From NCBI GenBank assembly GCA_963764725.1, contig CAVXTM010000011.1, forward strand, positions 288,001 through 352,000: 64,000 bases of DNA, read 5' to 3'. Shown here piece after piece: positions 53,056 to 64,000 of the stretch. A program made the translations under genes and the position numbers. The stretch comes from an uncultured Gammaproteobacteria bacterium. GTDB taxonomy: Bacteria > Pseudomonadota > Gammaproteobacteria > JACCXJ01. Every line of letters starts with the position of its first letter. Position 1 is the stretch's first letter. Under the pieces are notes generated by a model that worked only from the letters and a program-made list of their open reading frames with translations, did no database searches and was not told the origin of the DNA.

Positions 53056-53778
53056 TTACGACCGGCCCTTCCTTACATATTGAATCAGTTGCTCCGCCGG
53101 AACGTAGCCTCCCAACTCCTGCCCGTCTTCGCTGATAAGGGCGGGCGTACCCCTCACCCCCATGCGCGTTCCGAGCTCGTAATGCGTCTTAACAGGATTA
53201 TCGCAAGTCGCCGCTGGCACGGGCTTGCCGGCTTTGGCCTCGGTCAGGGCCGCGTTTCTGTCTGTAGCACACCAGACCGATTCCGATTTTTTGAAGGATT
53301 CCGAGCCTACGCCCGTGCGTGGAAATGCGAGATACCGGACCGCGATACCCGCCGCGTTCAAGGTCCCGACTTCCTGGTGGAATTTACGGCAGTAGCCGCA
53401 ATCGACATCGGTATAAACGTACAACACGTGCTGGGTGTCCGGCGGCGCAAACTCGATCATGGTATTGGGGGGAACTGCCTTTAAGCCTGTAATCCGCGCC
53501 TGGGCCCGCCGCTCGTCGCTGATATTCCTTTTGTCCTTCAGATCCATCAGATCGCCTTTTAATATGAAGCGTCCGTCATCGGAAACATAGATCACCTCTC
53601 CTCCGAGCACGACCTCGTGCATCCCCTTGAGCGGCGCCGGGCGTATCGACGCTATCTCGATCCCTGGTAAGGCTTCGCCAAGAACAGACCTAAGCCTTTG
53701 TTCCACCGCAGTATCCGCCAAGACGACGGCATGTGCGACGGACACGGTTCCCGCTACGATGGCCATTAGTATTCGCAT
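53056..53778 (-). CDS. dsbC: Disulfide isomerase DsbC
   Basis: TDVDCGYCRK, YLAFPR.G, GTPA, GGYVP. Confidence 0.94.
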   Translation of the reverse strand: MRILMAIVAGTVSVAHAVVLADTAVEQRLRSVLGEALPGIEIASIRPAPLKGMHEVVLGGEVIYVSDDGRFILKGDLMDLKDKRNISDERRAQARITGLKAVPPNTMIEFAPPDTQHVLYVYTDVDCGYCRKFHQEVGTLNAAGIAVRYLAFPRTGVGSESFKKSESVWCATDRNAALTEAKAGKPVPAATCDNPVKTHYELGTRMGVRGTPALISEDGQELGGYVPAEQLIQYVRKGRS

Positions 53779-53893
53779 CTCATATTCCTCGCTTATGTTC
53801 CCCCGGATGGGTACTTCCTTCTGACCCGATGTTAATTAAGTATGTTCCTATCACGTCCGGCAAATTCGGTTAGCGCGGAAGGCGTGAACGTTC

Positions 53894-53920
53894 TAAAAGG
53901 ACCCGTGTAACAGCCGATAT
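53894..53920 (+). promoter_or_regulatory. Candidate sigma-28 promoter of the second kinase
   Basis: TAAA-N15-GCCGATAT, 33 bp upstream of ATG 53954. Confidence 0.6.
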
Positions 53921-53953
53921 ACACCGGCACAGAGCCAGGACGCCCTACCGACG

Positions 53954-54820
53954 ATGATACCGGAAGCCCAAACCCAGAGTTGCGAGATAACGCTGAGTAA
54001 ATACCGGCTCCTTCGTGAGATTGGCCGCGGTAACATGGGCAGCGTCTATCTTGGCCGGGATCTATTCATCGACCGTTTTATCGCCGTGAAAGTTGCCCAT
54101 CAAGAGCGCTTAACTTGCCCGGAAACCAGCCAGGTCTTTCAGCAACTTTTCTTTAACGAGGCCAGAACCGCTGGGATGCTGATGCACCCGAATATTACCG
54201 CGATCTTCGATGCCGGCATAGAAGGCTATACCCATTACATCGCGATGGAGTACGTACCCGGCGGCCAGACTCTGGCCGATTTCTGCAATGTGCATAAACT
54301 CCTCTCGCTCGACGGGCTCATCCGCATTTTTTACCGCTGTGCGCTGGCGCTCGACTACGCCCACAAGAAAGGCGTGGTACACCGGGATATCAAGCCCAAG
54401 AACATCCTCTTAACCCCCGAACACGATGTAAAAATCTCGGACTTCGGCATCGCGGTGCCCGCCGAAGGCGTCGACCCCGCCACACTCGATCTCGCCGGCT
54501 CCCCGCTCTATATGTCTCCCGAGCAGGTCAAACACGAACCGCTCACCGGGCAGAGTGATCTGTTTTCGCTTGGCGTGGTGATGTACCGCGCTTTGACCGG
54601 TAAACACCCGTTCATGGCCGATAAGATCGCAGCGATCAATCTCATGACCTTGAACGCGGAGCCAGCTCCCCTGCGACAAGTTCGATCAGACCTCCCAGAG
54701 GTTATGGAACGCATCGTCAAACGCGCTATGGCCAAGGACCCCGCGCGGCGCTACAAGACCGGCATCGACATCGCGGGTGATCTTACTCTTGTGTTAGACC
54801 AAGTCCAGTTCGCATCCTGA
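53954..54820 (+). CDS. Hanks-type Ser/Thr kinase (kinase domain only)
   Basis: IGRGNMGSVY, IAVK, HRDIKPKN, DFG, GSPLYMSPE, DPARRY. Confidence 0.93.
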   Translation: MIPEAQTQSCEITLSKYRLLREIGRGNMGSVYLGRDLFIDRFIAVKVAHQERLTCPETSQVFQQLFFNEARTAGMLMHPNITAIFDAGIEGYTHYIAMEYVPGGQTLADFCNVHKLLSLDGLIRIFYRCALALDYAHKKGVVHRDIKPKNILLTPEHDVKISDFGIAVPAEGVDPATLDLAGSPLYMSPEQVKHEPLTGQSDLFSLGVVMYRALTGKHPFMADKIAAINLMTLNAEPAPLRQVRSDLPEVMERIVKRAMAKDPARRYKTGIDIAGDLTLVLDQVQFAS

Positions 54821-54828
54821 CGCTTCTG

Positions 54829-55743
54829 CTAACCGCGCGGATGGTGCGCTTCGTGAAGTTCCTTGAGCCGGCTGCGCGCCACGTGGGTATAGATTTGCGT
54901 CGTCGCGATGTCGCTATGTCCGAGGAGGAGTTGCACGACGCGTAGATCCGCGCCGTGATTCAAGAGGTGAGTCGCGAACGCATGCCGCAAGGTGTGCGGA
55001 GAAATAGGCCTGTGAATTCCAGCCTGCCATGCATACCGCTTAACCGTTTTCCAGAAAGCCTGCCGCGTGATGCCTTGGCCGCGCTTTTTTATGAACAGAA
55101 GTTCCGCCCCCCGGCCTACTAACAATTCCGGACGAGCGAAATTAAGATATCGCGTGAGCATCTCCGATGCGGTATCACCCATCGGCACCAGCCGCTCTTT
55201 GTTCCCCTTGCCCGTCACGCGCAACACACCTTGCCGTAGATTGATCTGGCTGCAGGTGAGCGTGACCAGCTCCGACACCCGCAAACCCGTTGCGTAGATA
55301 AGCTCAAGCATCGCTTGGTCGCGCATGCCGATGAGCTTGTCGCCGTCGGGCGCCCGCAGCAGAGCATCCACCTCCGCTTCCGACAAGTTTCCGGGTAGCG
55401 ACCGCGCCAATCGCGGTCCTTGCACTCGATCCGTCGGATCCTCCTTCACCAAGCCTAACCGTGATAGGTGCTGATAGAAGGCCCGCAAGCTCGATAGCCG
55501 GCGCGCCGTGGTCCTTGCCGACACGCCACTAGCGAGATATCGCAACAGGTCGCCACGATCCACGGAGTGAAGGTCGCGCGCCTCTCTGCTTAACCAGCGG
55601 CTAAAGGCGGTGAGATCCGAACGATAGGCACTTAGCGTATGTTTGGCTAGCCCGCGTTCCATCCAGAGGCAATCGAGAAAACCCTCGATGACCGCCACAT
55701 CTGCCGCTTCGCGCGTGGTCTTAATACCCGGCGCCGGTTTCAT
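54829..55743 (-). CDS. xerD: Tyrosine recombinase XerD
   Basis: ERGLAKHTL.AYR.DL, YATGLRVSEL, SPHTLRHAFATHLLNHGADLR.VQ.LLGH, TTQIYTHV, HHPRG. Confidence 0.96.
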   Translation of the reverse strand: MKPAPGIKTTREAADVAVIEGFLDCLWMERGLAKHTLSAYRSDLTAFSRWLSREARDLHSVDRGDLLRYLASGVSARTTARRLSSLRAFYQHLSRLGLVKEDPTDRVQGPRLARSLPGNLSEAEVDALLRAPDGDKLIGMRDQAMLELIYATGLRVSELVTLTCSQINLRQGVLRVTGKGNKERLVPMGDTASEMLTRYLNFARPELLVGRGAELLFIKKRGQGITRQAFWKTVKRYAWQAGIHRPISPHTLRHAFATHLLNHGADLRVVQLLLGHSDIATTQIYTHVARSRLKELHEAHHPRG

Positions 55744-55808
55744 GGGTGAGGAGCCAGCGCTTGATTTCAAGTGATCGATCGACGCCGCCGGTATAGCCTA
55801 GGTGCGCA

Positions 55809-56162
55809 CTATTGGCGCTTAATCTTTTCCTTAATTCTGGCGGCCTTACCGCTTAGTTTACGCGTGTAATATAGCTTGGCCCGGCGCACGTCGCCACGGC
55901 GTTTAACGACGATCTCCTGGAGCAGAGGGCTATACAGGGGAAACACGCGTTCCACCCCTTCGCCGTGCGATATCTTGCGTACCGTGAGTGATGAGTTAAA
56001 ACCACGATTGCGCCTCGCGATCACGACCCCTTCGAACGCTTGCAGGCGCTCCCTCTCGCCCTCTTTGACCTTCACCTGGACAACGACCGTGTCCCCCGGA
56101 CGAAAATCGGGCACCTTGCGGTCCATGGCTGCGGATTCTAACTGGCTGACGATATTATTCAT
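55809..56162 (-). CDS. rplS: 50S ribosomal protein L19
   Basis: [25 protein letters not shown]. Confidence 0.98.
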   Translation of the reverse strand: MNNIVSQLESAAMDRKVPDFRPGDTVVVQVKVKEGERERLQAFEGVVIARRNRGFNSSLTVRKISHGEGVERVFPLYSPLLQEIVVKRRGDVRRAKLYYTRKLSGKAARIKEKIKRQ

Positions 56163-56219
56163 GAGCTAACTTCCTACGGATTCATCTTGTCGCTATGTTA
56201 GCATGCCGGCACCTTGTGT

Positions 56220-56999
56220 TTATGATCCCTTGAAATTGTCGCCGGTACCCGCCGTTTCGGCGGCCCGTTCGGTGACGAATTCATCCAGCAATTGTTGCTC
56301 TTCGATCCGCAATGGCCTATTTTTGAGCAGATCCGGACGCCGTAACCAGGTTCGTCCCAGGGCCTGTTTTAATCGCCAGCGGCGGATCGCCTCGTGGTTG
56401 CCGCTGAGCAATACCGGCGGCACGGTCTTGTCATCGATATTTTCCGGCCTGGTGTAGTGGGGATAATCCAAAAGACCGGTATAAAAGGAGTCCTCGCGGG
56501 CCGAGTCTTGGTGACCCAAGGCTCCCGGTAACAGACGCACGAGCGCGTCGATTAACACCATGGTCGCTAGCTCGCCTCCACTGATGACATAATCTCCAAT
56601 CGAGCATTCTTCGTCGACTTCCGCCTCGATCAAGCGTTCGTCCATACCCTCGTAGCGGCCCGCCACGAGCATTACATTGCCTCGCGCGAGCAATTCTGCC
56701 AGGTAGGTCTGTTCCAAACGTCGCCCTTGCGGTGTCATGGCAACCACCCAAGCGCCATCTCCAAGCCACGCCGCCGCGGCGTGGATCGCGTCCCGCAGCG
56801 GCTCATACATCATCACCATGCCCGGCCCGCCCCCATAGGGGCGATCATCGACGCTGCGGTGCTTGTCGCGGGTGAACTCCCTAGGATTCCAGAGACGCAG
56901 TTGGACCAGACCCCGCTCGACCGCTCGGCCGGTGATCCCATATTCTGCTAGCCCATGGAGCATCTCGGGAAATAGCGTCACGACCCCAAGGTGTAACAT
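56220..56999 (-). CDS. trmD: tRNA m1G37 methyltransferase
   Basis: [32 protein letters not shown]. Confidence 0.98.
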   Translation of the reverse strand: MLHLGVVTLFPEMLHGLAEYGITGRAVERGLVQLRLWNPREFTRDKHRSVDDRPYGGGPGMVMMYEPLRDAIHAAAAWLGDGAWVVAMTPQGRRLEQTYLAELLARGNVMLVAGRYEGMDERLIEAEVDEECSIGDYVISGGELATMVLIDALVRLLPGALGHQDSAREDSFYTGLLDYPHYTRPENIDDKTVPPVLLSGNHEAIRRWRLKQALGRTWLRRPDLLKNRPLRIEEQQLLDEFVTERAAETAGTGDNFKGS

Positions 57000-57054
57000 T
57001 CAAATATATTGGTGCCCGCGGTCTTGCCACAGGGATCTTAGGATTTGTAGGTGA

Positions 57055-57564
57055 TTACTCGGGGTCCCACCTGATCTCGATCCGGGAATGCTCCAAATCC
57101 ACGCGCTGCACGTATATATCGAGTACATAGGGTATCAGGTGCTCGCGGCGTCCCCTAACCACAAGTACATCGTTGGCGCCGGTCGCGATGACATCCACGA
57201 CCCGACCGAGGGGCGCCCCATCCTCCGCGACCGCGTCGAGGCCGATGAGATCGTGCCAATAATGCTCCCCAATAGGCAGTACCGGAAGCTGGCTGCGCCG
57301 CACCGCGATGGGGACCCCCATGAGCCGCTGCCCGTCTTCGGGGGCCGAATGATGCTTGATGCGCGCCACCAATCCCTTACCCTTGACGGTTGCGCTCGCA
57401 GGCGCTATTTCGCGCCATTCGCCCTCAAAGCACCCATACCAGGGCGCGTACCGCAAGATGCCTTCCCGCGGATGCGTGTACGACAAAACTTTAACATCGC
57501 CTCGCAGGCCATGGATCCCCACGAAACAACCTACGACGACGAAACCGTCAACATCTTCCGCCAC
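57055..57564 (-). CDS. rimM: Ribosome maturation factor RimM
   Basis: HGLRGDVKV, YWHDLIG, TGANDVLVV; rpsP-rimM-trmD order. Confidence 0.95.
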   Translation of the reverse strand: MAEDVDGFVVVGCFVGIHGLRGDVKVLSYTHPREGILRYAPWYGCFEGEWREIAPASATVKGKGLVARIKHHSAPEDGQRLMGVPIAVRRSQLPVLPIGEHYWHDLIGLDAVAEDGAPLGRVVDVIATGANDVLVVRGRREHLIPYVLDIYVQRVDLEHSRIEIRWDPE

Positions 57565-57599
57565 GGCTCAGCGCACTCTAACAGCGGCGTTGGGAACCC

Positions 57600-57845
57600 T
57601 TATGAAGCGGAACCGTGCTTCATCAAAGTGGCGACGCGCTCGGAAACCTTGGCGCCCTTGGAAATCCAATAGCCAGCGCGTTCGTTATCGATACGCAGGC
57701 TGCTGTCGCTCAAGGTCGCGAGGGGATCGAAGAAACCGATGCGCTCAAGGTAGCGCCCGTCGCGTTGGTTGCGGCTATGGGTGACTACGATGTGGTAGAA
57801 AGGCCTTTTCTTGGTGCCGTGCCGGCTCAAACGAATGCTAACCAT
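57600..57845 (-). CDS. rpsP: 30S ribosomal protein S16
   Basis: MVSIRLSR.G.KKRPFY, RDGRYLERIGFFDP. Confidence 0.98.
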   Translation of the reverse strand: MVSIRLSRHGTKKRPFYHIVVTHSRNQRDGRYLERIGFFDPLATLSDSSLRIDNERAGYWISKGAKVSERVATLMKHGSAS

Positions 57846-57908
57846 GTTGTTCCTAACCACTCCAGTTTAATGATTCTGTGCCTGCTCCAGGCACAACCGC
57901 GCCGCGCT

Positions 57909-60011
57909 TTAATTCGCCGTCCCTCCGGCGTTTACCGCCTTCATGCTCAAGCGAATGCGCCCTTGCTTATCTACTTCGAGCACTTTTACCTGCACGGTAT
58001 CGCCCTCGCGCAGCTTGTCACTCACATTTTCGACGCGCTCATCGGAAATCTGCGATATATGCACTAAGCCGTCTTTCCCGGGCAAGATGGTCACGAACGC
58101 ACCGAAATCCATAAGCTTGGCGACCCGGCCCTCATAGATCATGCCCACTTGAACGTCGGCTGTTATTTGCTCGACGCGGCGCCGCGCCTCTTGCCCCGCA
58201 GCATTATCAATGGAGGCGATTTTCACTGTGCCATCGTCGGTGATGTCGATGACGGCTCCGGTCTGCTCGGTGATGGCACGAATCGTCGAACCGCCCTTAC
58301 CGATAACGTCCCGGATTTTCTCAGGGTCGATCTTGATGGTGATAATCCTCGGCGCGTACTCCGACATCTCTGGCCGAGGTTTGGCGATCACGGCATTCAT
58401 TCGCTCAAGTATATGCAAACGGCCCTGATGGGCTTGCCGCAGCGCCAGATCCATGATTTCACGGGTGATCCCATCGATCTTGATGTCCATCTGCAGCGCC
58501 GTCACGCCGTGCGCCGTTCCCGCAACCTTGAAATCCATGTCGCCGAGATGATCCTCATCACCCATAATGTCGGATAGTATCGCGAACCGCTCACCTTCCT
58601 TCACGAGGCCCATTGCGATCCCGGCGACCGCATCCTTGAGCGGGACACCGGCATCCATCAATGACAGGCTGGTTCCACACACGGAAGCCATCGAGCTTGA
58701 GCCGTTGGACTCGGTGATTTCCGACACTACCCGAACCACGTATGGAAACTCGGAAGCATCCGGCATCACGGCTTGAATTCCTCGCTTCGCCAGCCGTCCG
58801 TGCCCAATCTCTCGCCGTTTGGGTGATCCCACTCGGCCGGTTTCGCCGACGCAATAGGGCGGAAAGTTATAATGCAACATGAAGGCTTCCTTGCGCTCCC
58901 CCTCAATGGCGTCGATGATCTGCGCATCCCGCCCCGTTCCTAAGGCGGTGATAACCAAGGCCTGGGTTTCGCCTCGTGTAAACAGCGCCGAACCGTGCGT
59001 GCGAGGTAATACCCCGATGCGGACAGTGATCGGTCGGACCGCGTCCATGGCGCGGCCATCGATACGGCGCCGTTGATCAAGGATCATCCCTCGGACGGCC
59101 CGCTGTTCGATCTCCGCGAACGCATTCACGACATCCTCCGCGGCCCACGGGGCACCGTCCGCCGGCCCGCCGAGGGTCTCCTGTGCCTGCTTGCGAAGGG
59201 CATTGATCCGCTGTCGGCGCGCTAGCTTATCGGTGATCGCATACGCCTCGCGAATAGCTTGCCCGACCCGTGATTCGACCGCACTCATTAGCGCCGTGTC
59301 CTGTACCGCAGGCTGCCAGTTCCAGGGAAGCGGAGCTGCCTCGTGGACGAATTCCCGGAGGTTACGGATCACGGCCTGCATTTGTTCGTGGCCGAACATC
59401 ACCGCCCCCAGCATGACGTCCTCGGCGAGCTGATCGGCCTCCGATTCGACCATGAGCACCGAGGATTGGGTGCCGGCCACAACGAGGTCGAGGCGCGACA
59501 ACTTGATCTGGCTGAAGGTCGGATTGAGTACATAGTTTCCATCCAGATAGCCAACGCGCGCTGCCCCAATCGGCCCCTTAAACGGGATCCCCGAGATGCT
59601 TACGGCCGCCGACGCGCCGATGAGCGCTGGGATGTCCGGATCGATCTCGGGATCGAGCGACAGCACAGTGGCGATGATTTGTACCTCGTTCGTCATTCTC
59701 TCGGGAAACAACGGACGCAAGGGTCGATCGATCAACCTTGAGGTGAGGGTTTCTTTTTCGCTCGGACGGCCCTCGCGTTTGAAGAACCCTCCCGGGATCT
59801 TTCCCGCCGCGTAGGTGCGCTCCTGATAATCCACGGTCAGAGGGAAGAAATCCCGGCCCGGCACCGGTTCCTTGTTCCCTACCACGGAAACCAATACTAC
59901 GGTATCCCCCATGCTCACTTTCACTGCCGCCGAAGCTTGTCGCGCGATTTCCCCTGTCTCTAGAACAACAACATGGGATCCGTACTGGAATGATTTTTTT
60001 ACAAGGCGCAT
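57909..60011 (-). CDS. pnp: Polynucleotide phosphorylase
   Basis: [40 protein letters not shown] and S1 domains. Confidence 0.98.
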   Translation of the reverse strand: MRLVKKSFQYGSHVVVLETGEIARQASAAVKVSMGDTVVLVSVVGNKEPVPGRDFFPLTVDYQERTYAAGKIPGGFFKREGRPSEKETLTSRLIDRPLRPLFPERMTNEVQIIATVLSLDPEIDPDIPALIGASAAVSISGIPFKGPIGAARVGYLDGNYVLNPTFSQIKLSRLDLVVAGTQSSVLMVESEADQLAEDVMLGAVMFGHEQMQAVIRNLREFVHEAAPLPWNWQPAVQDTALMSAVESRVGQAIREAYAITDKLARRQRINALRKQAQETLGGPADGAPWAAEDVVNAFAEIEQRAVRGMILDQRRRIDGRAMDAVRPITVRIGVLPRTHGSALFTRGETQALVITALGTGRDAQIIDAIEGERKEAFMLHYNFPPYCVGETGRVGSPKRREIGHGRLAKRGIQAVMPDASEFPYVVRVVSEITESNGSSSMASVCGTSLSLMDAGVPLKDAVAGIAMGLVKEGERFAILSDIMGDEDHLGDMDFKVAGTAHGVTALQMDIKIDGITREIMDLALRQAHQGRLHILERMNAVIAKPRPEMSEYAPRIITIKIDPEKIRDVIGKGGSTIRAITEQTGAVIDITDDGTVKIASIDNAAGQEARRRVEQITADVQVGMIYEGRVAKLMDFGAFVTILPGKDGLVHISQISDERVENVSDKLREGDTVQVKVLEVDKQGRIRLSMKAVNAGGTAN

Positions 60012-60091
60012 GCTGGTGCTCGACTAAATGGAAATGGTAGGTGCAAACCGCCGCATCGATGGGGCGAGTGGTCTAAGGTGATAGCAATTGC

Positions 60092-60361
60092 CTATCGGCG
60101 CAATCCCAATCCGCTGATTAACTCTCGATAGCGCTGCATATTATATTGCTTAATATAATCCAGTAACTTACGCCGTTTGTTGACCATCCTCAGCAAGCCC
60201 TGGCGAGAGTGATGGTCGGATTGGTGTGTTTTAAAATGCTCCGCCAGATCCTCGATACGGCGGGTAATAAGCGCGACCTGCACCTCGGGCGATCCGGTGT
60301 CGCCCGGGGAACGCTTAAATTTATCCATGACTTCTTTTTTTAGTGCCGGCGGCAATACCAT
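60092..60361 (-). CDS. rpsO: 30S ribosomal protein S15
   Basis: [19 protein letters not shown]. Confidence 0.97.
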   Translation of the reverse strand: MVLPPALKKEVMDKFKRSPGDTGSPEVQVALITRRIEDLAEHFKTHQSDHHSRQGLLRMVNKRRKLLDYIKQYNMQRYRELISGLGLRR

Positions 60362-60470
60362 CAGACCCCCTAATCCTATGCAACTCACAATTTTAGCCGA
60401 TTATTGTAACGAGTGCTCCGGGTACGAACAAGGAACGCGCATAAACGCAGGGTCGGACAAGCGGCGCTTT

Positions 60471-61390
60471 TCACCGCCGCAGCAGGCGCCGCGGCGCGAT
60501 TCTGCCATCTTCGAGCACCTGCCCGACACCCAAAAAATGCATATGGTGGTCGTAAAGCCTGACTAGGCCATGCGTCGGCGCATGCGGTACCACCACCGCT
60601 TGGCCGCGGCACAAATAGTAGGCGGCGTCCGGAGACAAAGCGATATGCGGCTCAGCGAATAGGACTCTATCAATATCGAGCAACGAGCGCGTCAGCGCCT
60701 CCATCCCTTCCCGCGCTAATCGTTGCAGCGTATCGAAATCGAGCGCGGCGTCAATGTTGAACGGCCCGACTCCAACCCGGTGAAGCGCCCGCACGTGGGC
60801 GCCGCAACCCAGCCGCTCGCCGATATCTTCCGCGAGGGTTCGGATATAGGTGCCCTTGGAACACTCAACCGCTAGGTCCAGACCATCATCGCCATAGCGC
60901 AGCAAACGCAGCGCATGTAGGACCACCGTACGCGGCGTGCGCGCGACCGTGATCCCTTGATGTGCAAGCTCATACAGCCGGCGGCCTTGGTGCTTGATCG
61001 CCGAATGCATGGGCGGAGTCTGTTGTAAGCGTCCGGTGAACGATGCCAGCACTTCGTTGAGCCTTTCCAGATCGAAAACCGGCGGCCTCACCGCGCGCGT
61101 GATGTCGCCTTCGGCATCGCCGGTGGTGGTCGAGACGCCCAGTCTTATCGTGGCGAGGTAACGTTTTTTCGCGTTCAGTAGAAACCCCGAAAGCTTGGTG
61201 CCCTCCCCAAAGCAGAGCGGTAACAGGCCGGTGGCCAACAGATCAAGGCTTCCCGTGTGCCCAACCTTGCGGGCGTGAAATAAGCGCTTTACCCTTTGCA
61301 GGGCATCGTTGGAGCTAAGGCCGAGAGGCTTGTCGAACAATAAGATCCCGTGGATATCTCGGCCTTTCCGGGGTCGTGACGGTTCGCCAT
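60471..61390 (-). CDS. truB: tRNA pseudouridine-55 synthase (start ambiguous, possible 5' frameshift)
   Basis: GILLFDKP, KVGHTGSLD, CSKGTYIRTL; the nearest ATG (61390) is out of frame. Confidence 0.92.
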
Positions 61391-61407
61391 CGAGCCCAAT
61401 GTCAATT

Positions 61408-61773
61408 CTAGCGCGAACGCGGAAACTCCCCGCCGGAATCGGTCCCTTTGAGCAGCGCCGCCAGACGTTCGACTCGCTCCAAACTCTCGTCATGATGGAT
61501 GAGCAGGCGCGGGACTGTCCGGAGCCTCAAGCGCCGGGCTAGGACCGTGCGGAAACACCCCGCGGCGCGCTTTAGCCGGGCCACGATCTCCTGTGCGCTG
61601 CCCCCAAGGCAGGATACATAGACTTTAGCGTCGCGAAGGTCCGCCGTGAGATCCACCGCCGTGACGGTCACAAGACCCAAACGGGCATCTTGCGCGGTCC
61701 GTGACACGAGGGGCGCGAGTTCCCGTTTGATTTGCTCCGCAAGGCGTAGCTTGCGGCCGAATTCCTGTCCCAT
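61408..61773 (-). CDS. rbfA: Ribosome-binding factor A
   Basis: TVTAVDLTADLRDAKVYV, LRTVPRL...DES. Confidence 0.93.
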   Translation of the reverse strand: MGQEFGRKLRLAEQIKRELAPLVSRTAQDARLGLVTVTAVDLTADLRDAKVYVSCLGGSAQEIVARLKRAAGCFRTVLARRLRLRTVPRLLIHHDESLERVERLAALLKGTDSGGEFPRSR

Positions 61774-61779
61774 TGCGCT

Positions 61780-64000
61780 CTAGATGCTGCGCAAGAGCGT
61801 GATGCGCTCGAAGACTTCAATCTGGTCGCCCGGCTTCACATCGTTGTAATCCTTAACGCCGATTCCGCATTCGGTGCCGGATTTCACTTCGTTGACATCG
61901 TCCCGAAAGCGGCGTAGCGACTCCAGTTGCCCTTCGTAAATCACGATGTTATTTCTCAGCACGCGTATAGGGTTGGCGCGGCGCACGGCGCCGGTTGTGA
62001 CGATACAACCCGCGATCGCGCCAAACTTCGACGATCGAAACACATCGCGTACTTCCGCCATGCCAACAATCTGCTCCTTGACCTCCGGTGCGAGCATACC
62101 GCTCAATGCCGCTTTGATTTCATCGATTACGTTGTAGATGATACTGTGATAATGTAGTTCCACGCCCGTTTCTTCGACCAACTTGCGGGCGCTGGTATCG
62201 GCGCGCACGTTGAACCCGATCACGATCGCCTTCGACGCCACGGCGAGATTGACATCGGATTCGCTGATCGCGCCCACACCGTTCGCGATGACGTTGACGC
62301 GTACCTCATCGGTGGCGAGTTTAGTCAAGGCATCGACCAAGGCTTCCGCAGATCCTTGCACGTCGGCTTTGATCAAAACGTTCAGGCTACTGGTTTTTCC
62401 GTCCTCCATCTGCAGAAGAACATCATCGAGCTTGGCTGCTTGTTGCCGTGCGAGCTTGCCTTCCCGCGTCTTGCCCTGCCTAACCTCAGCGATTTCGCGC
62501 GCTTTGCGTTCATCGGCGACGACCACCGCCTCATCACCCGCATTGGGAGCACTCGACAAGCCCAGGACTTCCACGGGGAACGACGGCCCGGCTTCCTCGA
62601 TCGATTGACCGTTTTCATCCAACATCGCGCGGACGCGGCCGAGTTCCTGGCCCGTGAGCAAAATATCGCCCCGCTTGAGCAGACCTTGTTGCACCAAGAT
62701 CGTGGCGACCGGGCCACGTCCCTTGTCTAATCTGGATTCGATTACCACCCCCGACGCTGGTCCGACCGGCACCGCCAGGAGCTCGAGAACCTCGGCCTGC
62801 AGCAGAATCGATTCCAACAAGCGGTCGATACCTTCCCCGGTCTTGGCGGAAACGTTCACGAAAATCGCATCCCCTCCCCACTCCTCCGGTACGATCCCGT
62901 GTCCCGTTAACTCTTGCTTAACGCGGTCGGGGTCCGCGCCCGGCTTATCAATCTTATTGACGGCGACCAGTATCGGCGCATTCGCCGCTTGCGCATGCTG
63001 CACGGCCTCGATCGTTTGCGTTTTCACCCCATCGTCGGCCGCGACCACTAATACCACGATGTCGGTGACTTTAGCGCCGCGCGCCCGCATGGCCGTAAAA
63101 GCCGCATGACCCGGCGTATCCAAAAACGTAATGGAGCCCTTCCCGACGAGCACATGGTAAGCGCCGATATGCTGCGTGATCCCGCCGGCCTCTCCGGCGG
63201 CAACTCGGGTACGGCGTATGTGATCGAGCAATGAGGTCTTGCCGTGATCGACGTGGCCCATGATCGTGACTACGGGGGGACGCGCCACTTTCTCGCACTC
63301 GACGGTATCGGAAACTCCGAGCAGTTCCGCCTCCGCCGCATCGTCTTTAAGCGGCTTGGCCTTGTGGCCCATCTCCCCAACCACTATCACCGCCGTCTCC
63401 TGATCGAGCACTTGATTAATGCTCGCCATTGTCCCGAGGTTGATCATGACTTTGATGACCTCAGCCGCCTTGACCGACATCCGTTGTGCCAACTCGGCGA
63501 CGGTGACCCGTTCAGGGATCGCGATCTCACGCACAATGGGCGCGGTCGGCATCTCGAAACCGTGCTTGGGCGCGAGCGGCACCACTATTCGCCGAGGCCC
63601 CGGTTTCTTCTTCCGGCGGGTCGTTCTATTGATTGCGACATGCAGCTCTCGCTGATCGATAACCGGTTCGCCTGACGGCTCTTTTTGGCGCTTGGCCGGG
63701 GCCTTGTCCGTGTAGGCTTGGCGTTTTACCAGCGGCTCCACAGCGGCCGGGATCGGAATCCGTGGCGGCACTGCGCGGAGCGTTTCCTCTACCGGCGGCA
63801 AGACCGATTCCGGCACGGCGTCCGCCCGTATGCGAGCCTCCGCTTCCTCGGCACGCCGGCGCGCTTCCAGCTCCTGGGTTTTGATCTCTTCCTCGCGGGC
63901 GCGGCCGAGCTCCAAGGCCACCAACCGTTCTTGTTGTGCGGTCTCGTCGGCTCGGCGCTGTGCCTCTGCCTCCGCGAATACGCTACGCTTCACATAGGTG
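61780..64000 (-). CDS. infB: Translation initiation factor IF-2 (5' part outside window)
   Basis: [26 protein letters not shown]. Confidence 0.98.
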   Translation of the reverse strand, partial: TYVKRSVFAEAEAQRRADETAQQERLVALELGRAREEEIKTQELEARRRAEEAEARIRADAVPESVLPPVEETLRAVPPRIPIPAAVEPLVKRQAYTDKAPAKRQKEPSGEPVIDQRELHVAINRTTRRKKKPGPRRIVVPLAPKHGFEMPTAPIVREIAIPERVTVAELAQRMSVKAAEVIKVMINLGTMASINQVLDQETAVIVVGEMGHKAKPLKDDAAEAELLGVSDTVECEKVARPPVVTIMGHVDHGKTSLLDHIRRTRVAAGEAGGITQHIGAYHVLVGKGSITFLDTPGHAAFTAMRARGAKVTDIVVLVVAADDGVKTQTIEAVQHAQAANAPILVAVNKIDKPGADPDRVKQELTGHGIVPEEWGGDAIFVNVSAKTGEGIDRLLESILLQAEVLELLAVPVGPASGVVIESRLDKGRGPVATILVQQGLLKRGDILLTGQELGRVRAMLDENGQSIEEAGPSFPVEVLGLSSAPNAGDEAVVVADERKAREIAEVRQGKTREGKLARQQAAKLDDVLLQMEDGKTSSLNVLIKADVQGSAEALVDALTKLATDEVRVNVIANGVGAISESDVNLAVASKAIVIGFNVRADTSARKLVEETGVELHYHSIIYNVIDEIKAALSGMLAPEVKEQIVGMAEVRDVFRSSKFGAIAGCIVTTGAVRRANPIRVLRNNIVIYEGQLESLRRFRDDVNEVKSGTECGIGVKDYNDVKPGDQIEVFERITLLRSI

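Noticed and set aside
54829-55743. Tyrosine recombinase as a prophage or island integrase
   Set aside because: Motifs and proximity to dsbC identify housekeeping XerD; no phage genes nearby
60362-60470. S15 autoregulatory leader
   Set aside because: Position is plausible, but I could not match a known structure by eye

Overview
A 64-kb, GC-rich chromosomal window whose gene content points to a Gammaproteobacterium; the species cannot be named from sequence alone. It is mostly housekeeping genes: pilR-pilA, suhB, trmJ, purM, hda, wrbA/arsC, proS, ilvIHC-pssA-leuA, udg-rimI, bamC-dapA, gcvR-bcp-phoH2, prmB-htpG, mutS-fdxA, nth, rlmI, nagZ, waaA-hldDE, dsbC, xerD, and a long infB-rbfA-truB-rpsO-pnp-rpsP-rimM-trmD-rplS run. 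There are three accessory patches. (1) The pilA locus (1.1-5.8 kb) holds a frameshifted DUF4160/DUF2442 toxin-antitoxin pair, two DUF1640 paralogues, a Uma2 nuclease, a TfpX/TfpZ pilin accessory gene, an aspartyl protease and REP relics. (2) A 4.3-kb integrase-less islet is bracketed by a ~73-bp duplication of the pssA 3' end. (3) An IS4 relic, an FRG-domain gene and a long hairpin sit between phoH2 and prmB. The most notable inferences are: a family-4 uracil-DNA glycosylase with intact motifs and a HolD(psi)-like N-terminal peptide at the holD position; sigma28-like promoters in front of both Hanks-kinase loci; a leaderless Leu/Pro-rich uORF with an anti-SD upstream of leuA; repeated leaderless promoter architecture; and a 147-bp MITE inserted at a stop codon. 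No rRNA, tRNA or CRISPR array was seen. All family calls are by eye from motifs and synteny; no database search was run.
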